Positions 12,488 through 25,137 of a DNA stretch of 64,000 nucleotides are shown here, piece after piece. Where the stretch lies: NCBI GenBank assembly GCA_013239625.1, contig MU053881.1, positions 6,719,957-6,783,956 of the forward strand, given 5' to 3'. Each line of letters starts with the position of its first letter. Position 1 is the first letter of the stretch. The DNA is from Lama guanicoe (taxonomy: Eukaryota). Position numbers and translations under genes: made by a program. Below the pieces are notes generated by a model. It worked only from the letters and a program-made list of their open reading frames with translations. It had not been told where the DNA came from and searched no databases.

Positions 12488-14655
12488 GCTTTCAGGTAAG
12501 ATGCAATAAATCATGGCAGGCCAACGCCCCCACAGCCACAACTATAAAGGGGAAAAAAGCTGCAAAAAGAAATTTTGAAGACATCAAAGAACTGTGGAAA
12601 TGAACACTAAGTGGACTTCAATTGCAGAAAAGGAAGAGTTCTTCCTATATAAGCTGATAATTGCTGACAGCTTTCTTCCCTGCAAGCATTTGTGATTCTG
12701 GGCATTAACTAAGGCTTGGCCTTGGCCCAAGCAGAGGTAGTCTGCTGGGGGAAATGAAATCTAGCAGAGTTGTAGGCAGTTGTACAGGGCTGGCATGATA
12801 GATTGGAAACTACAGAAGTCAGAAACATAAGGGTAATTTTCTCTGTAGGACATCGCTCAGTGCTGAGGCAGCATAGCTAACACGCAAGCTGGGGTGGAAA
12901 GTCAGAATAAAATCTCTTATGATCTCATGGTATTTAGAAGACATGGTATTTCCCTCCTAGAGGGAAAGGACCTGACACAAACACCTGACTGTTTCCCCCA
13001 TTTTAGGGATGAGGAGGAAGAAACCAGCTAGGCTCTTATTCAATAGTCCTGGAAGGCCACACTCAAGGGACAAGCCAGAGATGGTGGACTTAGTCTGTTA
13101 AAACTGCAGCCCATCAGTGATCCATCTCGATTTCTGACTGGGCAGGGGGAATCAGCCTTTTACCCTGTCCCCCTAACAGGGGAAAGGGGGGAGCTTCTCT
13201 GATAGAATAAATCAGCTAGAACCCCCACAGTTCTTAAATACACAACGTTCAGCATGTAGTCCAAACTGTGAGGCATGTGAAGAGGGAGGAAGAGGAAGAG
13301 AAAAGGAGGCAAACAACACAGATTCACAGATGATCTGGACATTGTAGTCATCAGATAAGAACGTTAACTAGGATTACTGTGTGAAAGAAAATAAAGGAAA
13401 TGATGCATGAAATGGATGAAAACGTGTGCCTTCTGAAGTCTACTATCTTTCAACAGTTACTCGGAATCAATAAAAAAGTACCAACTGACTAGATGGGTTT
13501 AACAGCAGACAAGACACAGTAGACTATAGGATCAGTGACTTAAAGACAGAACCATAGGTAACAGTCAGACTAAAACCAGAGAGAAAAACACAAAAGAACA
13601 TTAAAAAACAAAGAGTCTAAGCATCATGTGGATCATGTCAAAGGTCCAATATACACACACGCATAGCCCCGGAAGCAAGGAGAGTAAATGGGAAGAAGCG
13701 ATATTTGAAAAGATAACAGCCAGGAGTCTCCAAACTGATGAAAGAAGCCCACTGATTCAAGAACTCACTGATTCAAGAAGCCCAGGGAACACCCAAAAAG
13801 GATAAAGACAAAGAAAATTCACCCAAACTCTTCCCAGTCAAACTGCTGAAAGACAAAGAAAAATTCTCCCAAGCAGTCACAGAGGGAGAAAGATAAACTG
13901 TCTTCAAAGGAAAACAAATCAGTCTGTTGGCTGACTTTTCAACAAACATGGGTGAACTTCAGAAAACATCTTTAAAATGCTCAAATTTACTAACTAACAA
14001 AACTACCACCCTGGTATTATACACACAGCAAAAACAAATCCTGCCAAAAATGGAGCAAAATAAAAATATTTTCAGACAAACGGAAACTGAAAATCAACAA
14101 AAATTTAATGTCATCAGACCAGCACTAGAAGATACACCCAAGAAAATTCATCAGATTGAAGGAAAATGTTTCTAGCCAGAAACACAAAATTGTAAGAAGG
14201 AATACAGAACACTACAAAGGAAATACTTAGGTTAATATGCAAGAATATCGTCTGCTTCAAATCACAATATTAATAATGTCTTGCGGGACTTACAACATAT
14301 GCAGAAGTCAAATGTTTAACACCATTTCAACAGCACAGAAGGGAGAAATGGAGCTCAATGATGGTAAAGTTCTTGCATTGTTTGGCAAACAGCAAAAGTC
14401 CTAACTTAAAACTAAACTGTCACAGGTTAAGGATGTACTCCAAAGTAACCACTGAAAAATAATTCCAAGATGTGAAACAAAAAACCAATACAAGAAAACC
14501 AGAGAATAAAAAAAAATTTGTTTAGTTTCCCAAAAAGGCAGGAAAGAAGAAACAAAGGAAGAAAGAAGATATGGCAAGTAGAAAACAAATAGCAAAATGG
14601 TAGAATTAAACCCGACTATATCAGTAAGTGTATTAAATATAAACGGACTAAAAAT
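12488..14655 (+). mobile_element. Second ancient LINE-1 (5'UTR, ORF1 and start of ORF2), apparently nested in the first
   Basis: ORF1p-like fragments ISLLADFSTNM (from 13918), KIFSDKRKLK and IRPALED. From 14597 it reads MVELNPTISVSVLNINGLK, matching the L1 ORF2 endonuclease N-terminus (..TLNINGLN), and is then truncated. Confidence 0.78.
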
Positions 14656-14706
14656 CACAAGACAGAACCAAAATAGGGAACTACAGAATTTAAGTTGGGA
14701 AGGAGG

Positions 14707-15207
14707 TGTTGGGAGGAGGAAATTTCCCCCCTACTCTGCTTGAGTTGTTATTTTGGCTGGTTGAGTAATGAAACTGACACAAGACAGAGTCGCAAGAGAA
14801 AAAAAAAACTAATTCATATGCACAGAGGTCCCATAGAAATGAGCCCCCAAAGTGACCAAAGCAGGCTGTTGATACATCATTTTCAGACAAAAAAACAATT
14901 ATTTGTAAAGATCTAACTAAACACAGGAGCTTGTGCTTAGGGTAGCAGACTAATGAAGCAACCAGGCTGGCTTCTGCAGCTGTCTTAGCCTTGAATTTCC
15001 TAACTCTGATGATAAGGATGCTTTCTATCCTCCTGGTACTGGGAAGACATTGGGGATTGGGAAATCACATGGGAGATTTATTTCCTGCTTTCACAGGGAA
15101 AGAAATGAGTCAGAGTGTTTTTTTTTTTTTACCAGCTGTTTCTCAAGTAACTTTAACGTAAAAGAATCAATGGCATCTTTTGTGGTAGCCTGCTCTGAGC
15201 CCCGATA
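14707..15207 (-). mobile_element. Solo ERV1-class LTR (MER34-like)
   Basis: Minus strand begins tatcggggctcagagcaggctaccacaaaagatgcc...gttacttgagaaacagc...gaaagcaggaaataaatctcccatgtg and ends ...aaatttcctcctcccaaca (TG/TA...CA termini). Flanks GAGG (14703-14706) and GACG (15208-15211) fit a 4-bp TSD with one mismatch. Confidence 0.7.
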
Positions 15208-15559
15208 GACGTAATTAGAGTGCAAACATTGCAAAGGTATTATTATTCAGAAGAAATGTAAAGATATCGGTGAGATTTAGACCTTGTTAAGCGTGCATGT
15301 TAAAATATCTAGGATATATCTACTTAAAAGAATCAAACTAGTAAGCTCTCTCTATTCTGAATTCCTTCAGAAATTCTTATCAGTTATTCTGAATTTGACA
15401 ATTATTGTACAGCTACAAGGTTTGGTAGAAAAGTAAACGTCTTCCTAAGGCTAAAATATTTACTAATGAGCTGGCTGCTTAAATATTTACTTTAGGCTCA
15501 AATATTACTCCCCATTAACACTACTTCCTACCTTTACTCATCTCACCCATGTCTTTGGT

Positions 15560-16199
15560 GGTTTCCTTCAGCTTCTTAGTTGTAAATATCTGAATGAAGA
15601 TGCAATGGGAATTCAAAGGAAATTGATGTAGGAAAGAAGAGCAAATCTTACAACAAATCAGGATTTCAGGAAGTTAACAAGAGAGCGGTCGGATGACTGT
15701 TCCATTCACATTTAAACTGCAAATGAAGAACCGGCAGAGTTGAACTAGTTAACAATCAAAGATGAGAAAATGGACCAAGATGCCAGAAGCTTCAAAAGAA
15801 AAATTCTATCATCTAATAAGTGGAAGATACTCTTGGGAAACCAGATAAATCTTTAAAACACTTGCACAAAATGACACTATTATCACATCATGAAAAAGTC
15901 AAACACAAAATAATATTACCTTGTGCTAAGATACAAATTCTCTCTAAAAAATGTCATCCCCCCCAAAAAAAATCAATACTTGAAAATTTCTACTTTTAAC
16001 TGAAAAGGAAGTAATACGTATGACATTAAAATCTACATTTTGTTAACAGAAGATTAAAAAAAAATAAAACCACTTGTTTCCATGCTTTCAGTTTCCATTT
16101 TTCAACGTACGGCTCCATTTGAACCTTTTTCGTTCACTATTTACAATGAATATTTTGACCCTTGTTTTAAGAAGATTCTCTTTACATGGTATTTCACTG
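15560..16199 (+). mobile_element. Tigger-like (TcMar/pogo) DNA transposon relic with decayed transposase C-terminus
   Basis: From 15661 it translates as GFQEVNKRAVG*LFHSH, then after a frameshift TANEEPAELN*LTIKDEK, resembling the pogo/Tigger C-terminal GF..V....V.ELL.SH...LTNE.L.EL motif. It ends in ...ggtatttcactg, like a Tigger terminal repeat. Confidence 0.5.
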
Positions 16200-16859
16200 G
16201 TACCAATTATCCTTAGGAAAAATGAGAACTGCTTGTGTCTACTTTCGTTGACCTGACAAGCATCTTTCTGTGTGTTTTTATAGGTATGGTGTGTCTTAAT
16301 TTCTTTTCCATGCTGGATTGAGTCTTGACAGTTTCTGAGTTTTGATAGTTGCTATGAGCCAGGTACTTTGCTAAGTACCTCTCATGTCATCCTTCCAGCA
16401 ACTCCAAGACATCTTAGATTTAGAAGCTGATGTCTGGAGAGTTTAAGTGATGATCTTTCCCAGTGCCCCATAGGGAGTTTATGACTCAGTCTAGATCTCC
16501 AGTCCAGATGTGGGTGACTTCCCAACCAAGCCTTTAATCTCAGTGCTACACTTTCTTATCTATATTTTTAATCCCCAGGGGTCATCACAGAGCCTGCTTA
16601 CATAGTAGGTGCTTAAGTAAAGGTTGGCAGGTCTGAATTGTGACTTAACTCAGGTCCCCAGTTCAGTGTGATATGGCTGAGTAACTATTATTACCATTGC
16701 TCAGTTTGACTTTCGGGCGTATGGCTAGGAGCCCAGGTGCTATAAATCTGTAGATGGGGATGCCTCTTTGGAATAGGAACTAACAGTGGAGCATCTTTTT
16801 CCCATCCGGCTTTATAGATGACATTACAGGGATGGGAGAACTAAAAGGGAGCCAGCAGG

Positions 16860-17065
16860 TCCTAAGCTCCTACAATGTGCCAGGTGTTGTCTGAGGGGTT
16901 TCAAATTTGTAATCTACATCTCCTAAGTACCCTATAGTTGGTGTTACGATCTCGTTTTTGTAGATGCACACACCGAATCTCAGAGAGATGAAGGCATTTG
17001 CCAAGCCTGCCTGGACTACAAGCAGCAGAGCCACGGTTCAAGCTGTTTAACTGCAAACCTCTTTG
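16860..17065 (-). mobile_element. MIR SINE
   Basis: ctacaatgtgccagg...tttttgtagatgcacacaccgaatctcagagagatgaaggcatttgccaag is a reverse-orientation MIR core. Confidence 0.6.
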
Positions 17066-18511
17066 CCTCTTCACAACACTACTTTATCATTATTGTTTGG
17101 AGCATCCAAACAAGGTCAGAAAACAGAGCTTGGCCTGGTGGTTCTGCCACTGCTGAGAAAAAGGATGGGAAGGTACTCCGTCACCTGGGTGGCCGGAGGG
17201 TGAGGTTCCAAGCGGGTGACAAGTACTGAATAGTCCAGCCCAACTGTTTCTGGGGCGAAGCTCAAAGCATCATTCATTCAGCTCAGAAAGGTGAATCCCT
17301 CCCAGTGGGACTCATGGAGACAACTGCACTTGCTGTCCAGGACTGGCTATAAAAGCTTGTCTGAGTTAAGATACAAGACTCACAGGGGAACTGAGAAACA
17401 ATCGTAGTTGACTCGAGAGGGTCAGGGTGAGACCTGATCCCTCCAAGAGGAGTGCCTCAGGCCTGGCACATGGGACAGGGAGGCCATGGGGACGTGTGGA
17501 GTGTTACGTCACTTGCAGTGTGGAATCGTAGGTAGGAAGGGGCCTCAGAGGTCAGCCTTCTCCCACTGCCCACATTCAGCCCATTTTAGAGACAGGAAAC
17601 CAAGGCTCAGAGAGGGGAAGGGACTTGTCCTAAGGCACACAGTCAAGATGATCAAGCTCATGTTTTTTCTAAACGTGTGATGCCATTTACTTAAATTTCA
17701 AACTAAGCGCAGTATTTTAAAAATGGATTATCTTGGGATACGTCCATAAACGGTGAAAAGAAGAAGAATAACAAAGAGGAAAATAGATGGGAAAGGGAGA
17801 GGAAGGGCGATTGATACTAGGATATTCTAGTTTCAGCAAGGTGGAATGTTCACAGTGTAATTTGTTTTCATAGCTCTGCCAGCCCATGTTTCATAGCTGG
17901 GGAGACTGGAGTTCACAAAGGAGAGGTCGCTGGCCGAAGGTCACCCTCTGAGACCACCTAGCCCTACATACCCCTTCTACAGATGGGATCATGGAGGCAG
18001 AGACGACATATCCCAGGTTCAGTGCAGAACAGCACAGTGCCCACCTTTTGGTGTCATCCCAAGAACTTCTCTACCAGGGACAGTGAGACAGACCTGCTTG
18101 GGTTCTTACTCAGCTGACCGCACACTTCATCCCTGCTGCCTGCCCTTCTAGCTGGGGTCTTGTTTTGACCCCGCCTTCTGCAGTTGGAGGAGGGTTAGGA
18201 CACACCATGTACATCACGGGACATGAGAAGCGCCCAGGGCCACCTATCCTCAAGTAGCGTCCCCCACTCCTCCGCGACTCGCCTCACACCCAGGAGAGAA
18301 ATTCCACCTTTACTCACTCCAGGCCTGACTCCTTCACTCTGAGCTGAAGCCCTGACCCTAATTACACTTCACGTCCCAGAGGTAACAGCGTGCTTTCTCC
18401 TGTCTCCCTAGGCTCCACAAGAGAATGAGAGAAGCAGGAGGTGACAGAGGGGCATGGAGGCAGGCTTGGGGATGGGAGGGACGGGGGTAGGAATGAAGGA
18501 GGAGGAACAAC

Positions 18512-18514
<3 letters not shown>

Positions 18515-18544
<30 letters not shown>
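18515..18544. repeat. (GT)15 microsatellite
   Basis: Directly visible. Confidence 0.95.
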
Positions 18545-18546
<2 letters not shown>

Positions 18547-21538
18547 AGACCCTCCCTGTGTTCCCCAACCCAGCAGGAGTCCAAAGTCAAGGTGATCAGA
18601 AGAATAGGGGCTGGTGAGGCTGTGAGGAAGGAACTGGCCTGAGGGGGACTTCCCACACCCATCCCACTGTAAAAGGCTTTTGGAATAATAATAATAGTAA
18701 TAATAATGATAACAATCAGAATATTTAGCATCTGCTGAACCTCTGCTGTGTCAGGCTAAGTGGGGTTGATCAGATTACCCTCGCAAGTTATCAGCCCCAC
18801 TGCAGACTGCCCTGTCCCTCCGAGCGGTCACAGGGAGGGCACGTCCATCTGAGAGCATGCCGCAGAAGTCCCCTCCACACGCACTCTGAAGCTTCTGTGC
18901 CCACACTGGGAATGGAGCGATGGATAGCTCTAGCCTCAGCCCTGGCTGAGAACAATTCTTGGAGCCTCAGTTTCCTCATCTGTAAAATGGGAAGAACCAT
19001 AGTAGCTTCCTCCCGGGCTATTTGAAAGATCAGGTGAGGTTTGTGTGTAAAAGGCTCAGCACAGAGCTGAACTCAGCTGTGTTCGTTCTTCTTGGTTTAA
19101 ACATCTGAAGGGAAATGGTGCCGGGTCCGGGGCCAGAGGGGCAGCTGCAACAGTCGGAGTTTCAGCAGGACACAGTGGCCCACTCAAATCAGGTAAGTCG
19201 AGGACAGCATAACAAAGGGACTGTTTACAGTGCACAGGGCAGGATGTGGGGAAGACAGGAAGATCTGGGTAGCGAGGGCTGCCTAAGAAAGACCCGATCC
19301 TTTTTTGAGGGCCTGCGCAGCCCGTACAAGCCCACAGGAAGGAGTCTGGGGGTAGGTACCTTGACGCCCCTCTCCTCCTGCCTTTGGTCTCCTGCTGGTG
19401 CCTCCATTTAGAATGGCCAGAAGCCAGAGGCAGGGAGGACCTCACCAATAGGTTTCTCCTACGTCAGCCTCCCAGCCCACAGGGAGGAGAAGGCAGAAAC
19501 AGAGACAGTCCAGCTCAAGAGTTTGTTGATGGAGAAACTGGGGCTCAGATGGGTGCTGAATCCCTGGCCCAGAATCACAGAACTTGGGCCGCCCAACTTC
19601 CACGTCCATGCTCTTAACCGTTATCCCACGTGGCTCCGCCCATCGGTCCCCAGACCTGGGTGTTACTTCCCTTATTTACAGACAAGGGAACATGCACTCA
19701 GACAGGTGACGTGTCTTGCCCAAAGTGACACAGCAGAGTCCAGATGGGAGAAGCCAGGCCTGGGGGCCCCAATGCCAGGCTGCTTTCATTACTCAGCACA
19801 ATCCTGCCTTGGGAGAAGGAGAGACAGTTCTGGAAGCTACGTTTAGATCAGAGCTGCTCTGTCTCTGAGCCACCAGCCCAAAGTGCCCCAGGTGGCTGTG
19901 AGGGTGGGGGTCTAGGGAGAGCTGGTTGTCGCTCCATCTCCCTTTGCGGAGCCGCATCCTGGTGAAGCTCTGGGTGTAATCTCTTCTCAGCAATGATTTT
20001 TCCAGAGCAGTTCTCCTCTCCTTAATCCATCCTGCCTAACACCCTGGGGACACTCCCTGCCATCCGGCCTCCCTCCTTTCCTGCCCTTCCCTCACCCCAT
20101 CCCACCCCAGCCTCAGTAGCTCTCCAGACTTCTGAGTGGGTTTTCTTTGACTCTGTTCTCTGCACCAGACAGCTAATACATAAAGCTGCTTGCCAAGGTC
20201 ATCTTAACTCCAGTGCACTGCGGTGAGGGAGTGAGGGACACTGAAATCACAGAGAATCAGCCTAGGAAACTCCATTTTCCTTAAAGTGTCCTCAGGGGCA
20301 GGGGGCAAGGGAGGGGGAGATTCTGGTCCCTTTCCTCCCCTCACTCTAGCTTGACTGGTGCGACTGGGCTGGCAGCAGGGAAATATTTGCCTTCTATTAT
20401 TTCATCCTTGGGGAGGATGGAAGAGAAAAGAAGGTTAGAGGAGGAGAGGGTGATTTTGATGATGGTAGAAAAAAGGTTCTGGGTCACAGTCCGGACAGAA
20501 AATGGTCAGATCTTGGAGAAGATGGGGCAGGGCTCTGCCTGTTTACTAAGGTGAAGGTCTGTCCCTCTCGCTAATAAATAGCATGCCCATTTTACTGATG
20601 GGGAAAACTGAGGTCCAGGAAAAGGAGGGTGGTGCCCATGGACATACAGACCATGGTAATCTGTGGAATGAAGCAGCAAACCACATCTGCCTTGGGCTAG
20701 TGGAAGGAGCTCCCAGTCTCAATCTGGGCTCTGCTCTGACTTGCTGTATGAGCCTGGGCAAGTCACTGCTGCTCTCTGGGTTTCAGAGTTTGATGGTTTT
20801 CTTTTTATTAAGCACCGACTGTGTGTGAGGCACTGGGGACACTGCAGGGAACAAACACAATCCTGCCTTGATGGACTTTATATTTCTGGGGAGATTCTCA
20901 GCTGGGCTCTCAGCAGGCATTTCCAACCCTCCAGACAACCATCTAAGACGGGTGTTATTAACGCCATTTCACAGATGAGAAGATTGAGCTCCATCTCAAC
21001 GCTGGTGGAGCCGGAGGAGACAATTCCTCACACGATGCCTTCCCCCTGACGGTATTCAGGCAGAGAGAAGTGGAGCCCAGTCCCCCGCGACGCTGCTGCA
21101 GATCTCGGATATTTGAAATTTTGTTTATTTGGTCTGGAGATGAGCGATCAGATTTCTTTGAAAAGTAGATTTACCTTCTTAATTATATTTGAGGTGGATT
21201 TACAGTGATATTAATTCTCACTCCCTGAATAAACATGGGAGGCGAGTGTTTGCTTAGGGAATGACCTCAAAGAGGCAAGGGGTGAGGGCCGGGACGGGGA
21301 GGGGCTGGGATTTTAACATTTCCTGCAGGTTTTCAGAGGGTGATCCTTCACACAGGGGAACAACTGGGGTATGGGGTGCTGGATTTACAAAAAGTTTGTG
21401 GCTAAGTAGGAGGGGGCCTCTGAAGGCAGCCCCCTCCCATCTTTTCTCTGGTCCTTTACCAACAGGTGCAGCGTGTTCTTTGTGCACCTGCTAGCTGTTG
21501 CTGGGAAGCAGAGAGCTGTACAGTCCCCAGTTCCCTGG

Positions 21539-21905
21539 CACTAAGGTCTGAATGTCTGTGTCCCCCCCTCAAAAAAAAACTCATATGTTGAAACCTAAAC
21601 CCCGGTGTAATGGCATTAGGCGGTGGGACCTTTGGGCGTGATTAGGTCATGAGGGTGTGGTCCTCATGAACAAGATTAGTGCCCTGATAAAAGAGGCCCC
21701 AGAGGGCTCTCTTGGCCCTTCTGCCACTTGGGGACATAGTGAGAAGACAAGATGCTTATAAGTTTAGGAACCAGGAAATGGGCTCTCGCAGACACTGAAT
21801 CTGCTGGAGCCTTGATCTCGGACTTCCCAGCCTCCAGAACTGTAAATACTTGTTTATAAGCCATCCAGTCTGTGGCATTCTGTTTCAGCAGCCATAACAA
21901 GGCTG
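21539..21905 (+). mobile_element. MaLR solo LTR (MLT1A-like)
   Basis: ggtctgaatgtctgtgtcccc...catatgttgaaacctaa...gattaggtcatgagggtg...ccttgatctcggacttcccagcctccagaactgt...tttataagccatccagtctgtggcattctg, classic MLT1A motifs. Confidence 0.85.
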
Positions 21906-24900
21906 GCTTTTTCTATCCCACGAAAGCTGCCAGCCTTTCCTTGTGGCCTCCAGTTCAAAGTAATGACATTAGAGAAAGTTCATGTCTTCCCTCCTCTTCC
22001 CCTCACCCAAGGTCACCGCATCATGTTCCACTGAGTTACGACGCCAGAGGTCAAGGAGAACTTCCACCCCTTCCTCCTCTTCTGACGTCTCCGAGGACAG
22101 GAGCTGAGCTGACCTAATCTGCATCCTCCGGGACGTAGCCTGGCAGGCACCGCTGCTCCCGACCTCCCCCGGGGGACTGGGATGCCACTGGGACCGCAGC
22201 CCCCGAAGCCCCCCACAGCCCCCGCTGGCTGAGTCGGAGACATCAGGGTCTGCGGCCATGGGACGATTTAGCAGCTAATGAGAAATGGAAACCGCGAGAA
22301 CAAACAAATGAAGCAGCCACTGCTGTAGGGGAAACACGTTCACCAGACTCTCTGAGAAACCGAGGCAGCCGGCACAGACCGCTGCACACAGGAGGGGGCT
22401 TCGGCTTCTAATGAGCCATCCTGGCCCAGGAGGTGGCTGCCACAGCCTGACTCCTGACACCCCGTGTGGCATCACCTCTGGGCCCGGCAGCCAGCCCTGC
22501 GTGGGGTGTCTGGGGGGCAGGGACTGACTGCAGGGTGAGGCTGGGGCGACATTGAACCAATGAGTAAACAACTGCCTGGGAAAACACTTGAGGGCCTGAC
22601 CCCTCCACAGCCCGGTCTCGCCCATCGCCCTCCTGCCCTGCTCCCTGCGAGAACCAGCATTTATAATTTACTGTTGATCAGAGATGTTGGTTGTACCCAT
22701 TTTGTAGACTGGGAGACTGGCACGGGGAGAGGGGAAAGTGACTTCCCAAGAGCTGCAGTCCTAAAGATGAAATCTGAACTTTTGTGCATGCAAGTCTTGG
22801 GATTCAAAGTTGTAGCTCTTTTCATCAAACAGCTTGAACCCCGGTTGCTCAGTGTCCACGTCTTCCCCTCGTGTACTACCCCCATTCTAAAGGCGAGGAA
22901 AGTGAGGCTTAGAGGTGTTGAGCTACTGAGCCAACGCCACACAACCGGGAAGTTACAGCACCGAGTTCCAGGCACTGTGCTGAGCCCTGGGCACGGGAGG
23001 CAGCAGGGCCCAGTGGGTAAGGCCTTGGAGACTTGCACTGCCTGGTACTGTGAGCCCTGGCACCGTGGCCTTGGGCAAGCTACCCAACCCTTTCTGCATA
23101 GGTTTCCTTGGCTGAAGAGCCAGGATACAAACAGTACCTGCTGTATAGGATCGTGGGACAGTGTGGGGAGAGAAGTGGGGTGCTCACCAGAAGCGCCCCC
23201 TAGATACTGGCTGTTACACTCTGCCTGGTTCTGGCAATGTAGATGAGCGAGGGGCCACCTTTCCCCTCTCTGAGCTCTCTGACAATGTGTGTTCTCCTTT
23301 CCTGTTACTCTCAACACCCAGGGACCGCCCCAGTTCAGGATGCAGGCAGGGCGTGTTCCACGCTGCCCACCCCCAGAAAGCAGAGAACAAAGAAGGCACA
23401 GCTTGATTTCTGAGTCTCTAAACAGACTCTGACAACTGCAGGCAAAGACCTACAGTTGCAACAGAAAAGGCTTTTGATTCCTTGGGCTCTTTGAATTCCA
23501 GAAGCCCAGAGCTGTGAAAGACGCCTGGAAAAAAACAACACATCTGGAAGGCTACATGCTTGGTCAGAGAGGGAGCGTCAGTGGTGCGCGCTGCCTCACC
23601 ACTCCCTCCCTTGCCCTGTACATAAAATTTGCCTGAGCTAGTGTGAGGAGGGGGAGAATCCAAGGGGAAGGAAGACTAGGTGTTTGTTGGCGGTCACCTG
23701 AAGGCGGACTGTGACCCTCCCCTCCTGCTGAATCCCTAAGGCGGCAGGAGGGGCCGGGTCTGAGAGCAGAGGGCAGCCACGCCGCCTTGTGGCCCGTGAT
23801 CTGGATACCAAGCCAGCTTCGTGGAATGTCCTGGACAATGTGCCTGAGGTGGCGTCAGAGGACCTTATCCCAGAAAGCCCACTGTCTCCTTGTGCCCAAG
23901 GGGGTCTCAGGAATACTGGAAAGAGAGCAGGAGAGAGGAGGGGGGAGAGAAAATGAGAGAGCATGAACTGTACTCAAGAGGCCTTGAGGTGCACCTTGAG
24001 GTGCAGGAGAATGACCCGGGGATCAGCATGGACCTGTGGCCTGAAGCAAGGTCAGTCAAGGACATCACAGTGGATGTCAGCACAGACAGAAGACTGAGGA
24101 CCAAATGCCCCCGCCCCGTGAAACTGTCTGACATGAAAAGCCAAATCCAGAGAAGGGGAAGGAGAACCTAAATTGACTAAGATTTGTTTCTGTCATTTGG
24201 CAGAATGAAGGCGTGAAGTTGAAACTGAGCTCAGTTATCAAATAATAAAGAAAGCAACATTTCTTGCATACCCAAGTCTGTGGTCTGAGTTGACTGTAGG
24301 CTATAAGCCAAGAAGAAGTTTTAATATGAAGCACTGATTTCTAGGATTTAGATCAGCCTAAGGATGGGAAAGGAGGGGGGTCAAGGAAGACTTCCTAGAG
24401 GAGGTGACCCAGGAACTGGGCTTTGAAGGTCATGGAGGAGTTGGCCAGATGTATAAGGATGGCGGTGGTAAGACATTCCAGGCTTGGGAACTGCCTGTGC
24501 AGAGGCTTGGTGGGGAGACGGCCTGCTCTGTTTAGGGAGTTGAGAGTGGCCAGAGGTCAGGTGACCATGGGAAATAGTGTGAGCTGGGTCTGGAAAAAGG
24601 GGGGAAGGGGTCAGGAACTGAAGATTTCAGCCATGCTGGCTGTTTCAAGGGCCTGTTCCCTTGGGTTGGGAGACTGAGGTTCCTGCAGTGTCTCACGCAT
24701 TGTCGGCCTGCCCTGGGCTGAGCTACAGGTAAAAATAGCAAACCACATTCCTATCGTGCTGCACTGTGGGGTAAAGGAGCCAATCCTGTTTCTTCAACAA
24801 AGCAAATTATTAAAATGTCCTCATTAGAAGCAGGAGCGGCATAACAAAGCATGCTAATTATGAGATTTGAAGCTCCCGGTGCCATAGAACTGATATTACC

Positions 24901-25029
24901 AAAGACAGGGAGGATTTGATCTCATTATTTCATGAAACTGAATTAGGCACTTACGTAATGTGCAACATTTTGCCTTTGGCCACACACACCTCCTCACCTC
25001 ACTGGTGGTCCTCAGACTCGGGGAACAAG

Positions 25030-25137
25030 GTGTTGGGAACACAGGATCCCAAGCTCTAGCCCAGATCTTCCGAATCGGAATTTGCACTTAACAACACCTC
25101 CGGGTGATTTGGGTGCACAAAAGTTTGAAAGCACTAA
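25030..25137. mobile_element. MER5A-like hAT DNA transposon fragment
   Basis: gaatcggaatttgcacttaacaacacctccgggtgatttgggtgcacaaaagtttgaaagcact. Confidence 0.6.

Noticed and set aside
17348..17355. Perfect TATA box (TATAAAAG) in the intron
   Set aside because: Isolated 8-mer with no CpG island or other supporting promoter architecture; expected by chance in 64 kb.
23185..23210. Partial CTCF-like motif (CTAGGGGGCGC on the minus strand)
   Set aside because: The 5' CCA/CCG part of the core is missing; cannot be supported without PWM scoring or ChIP data.
22560..23317. 228-aa and 218-aa antiparallel ORFs
   Set aside because: They run through MIR-derived sequence and show no protein family signature.
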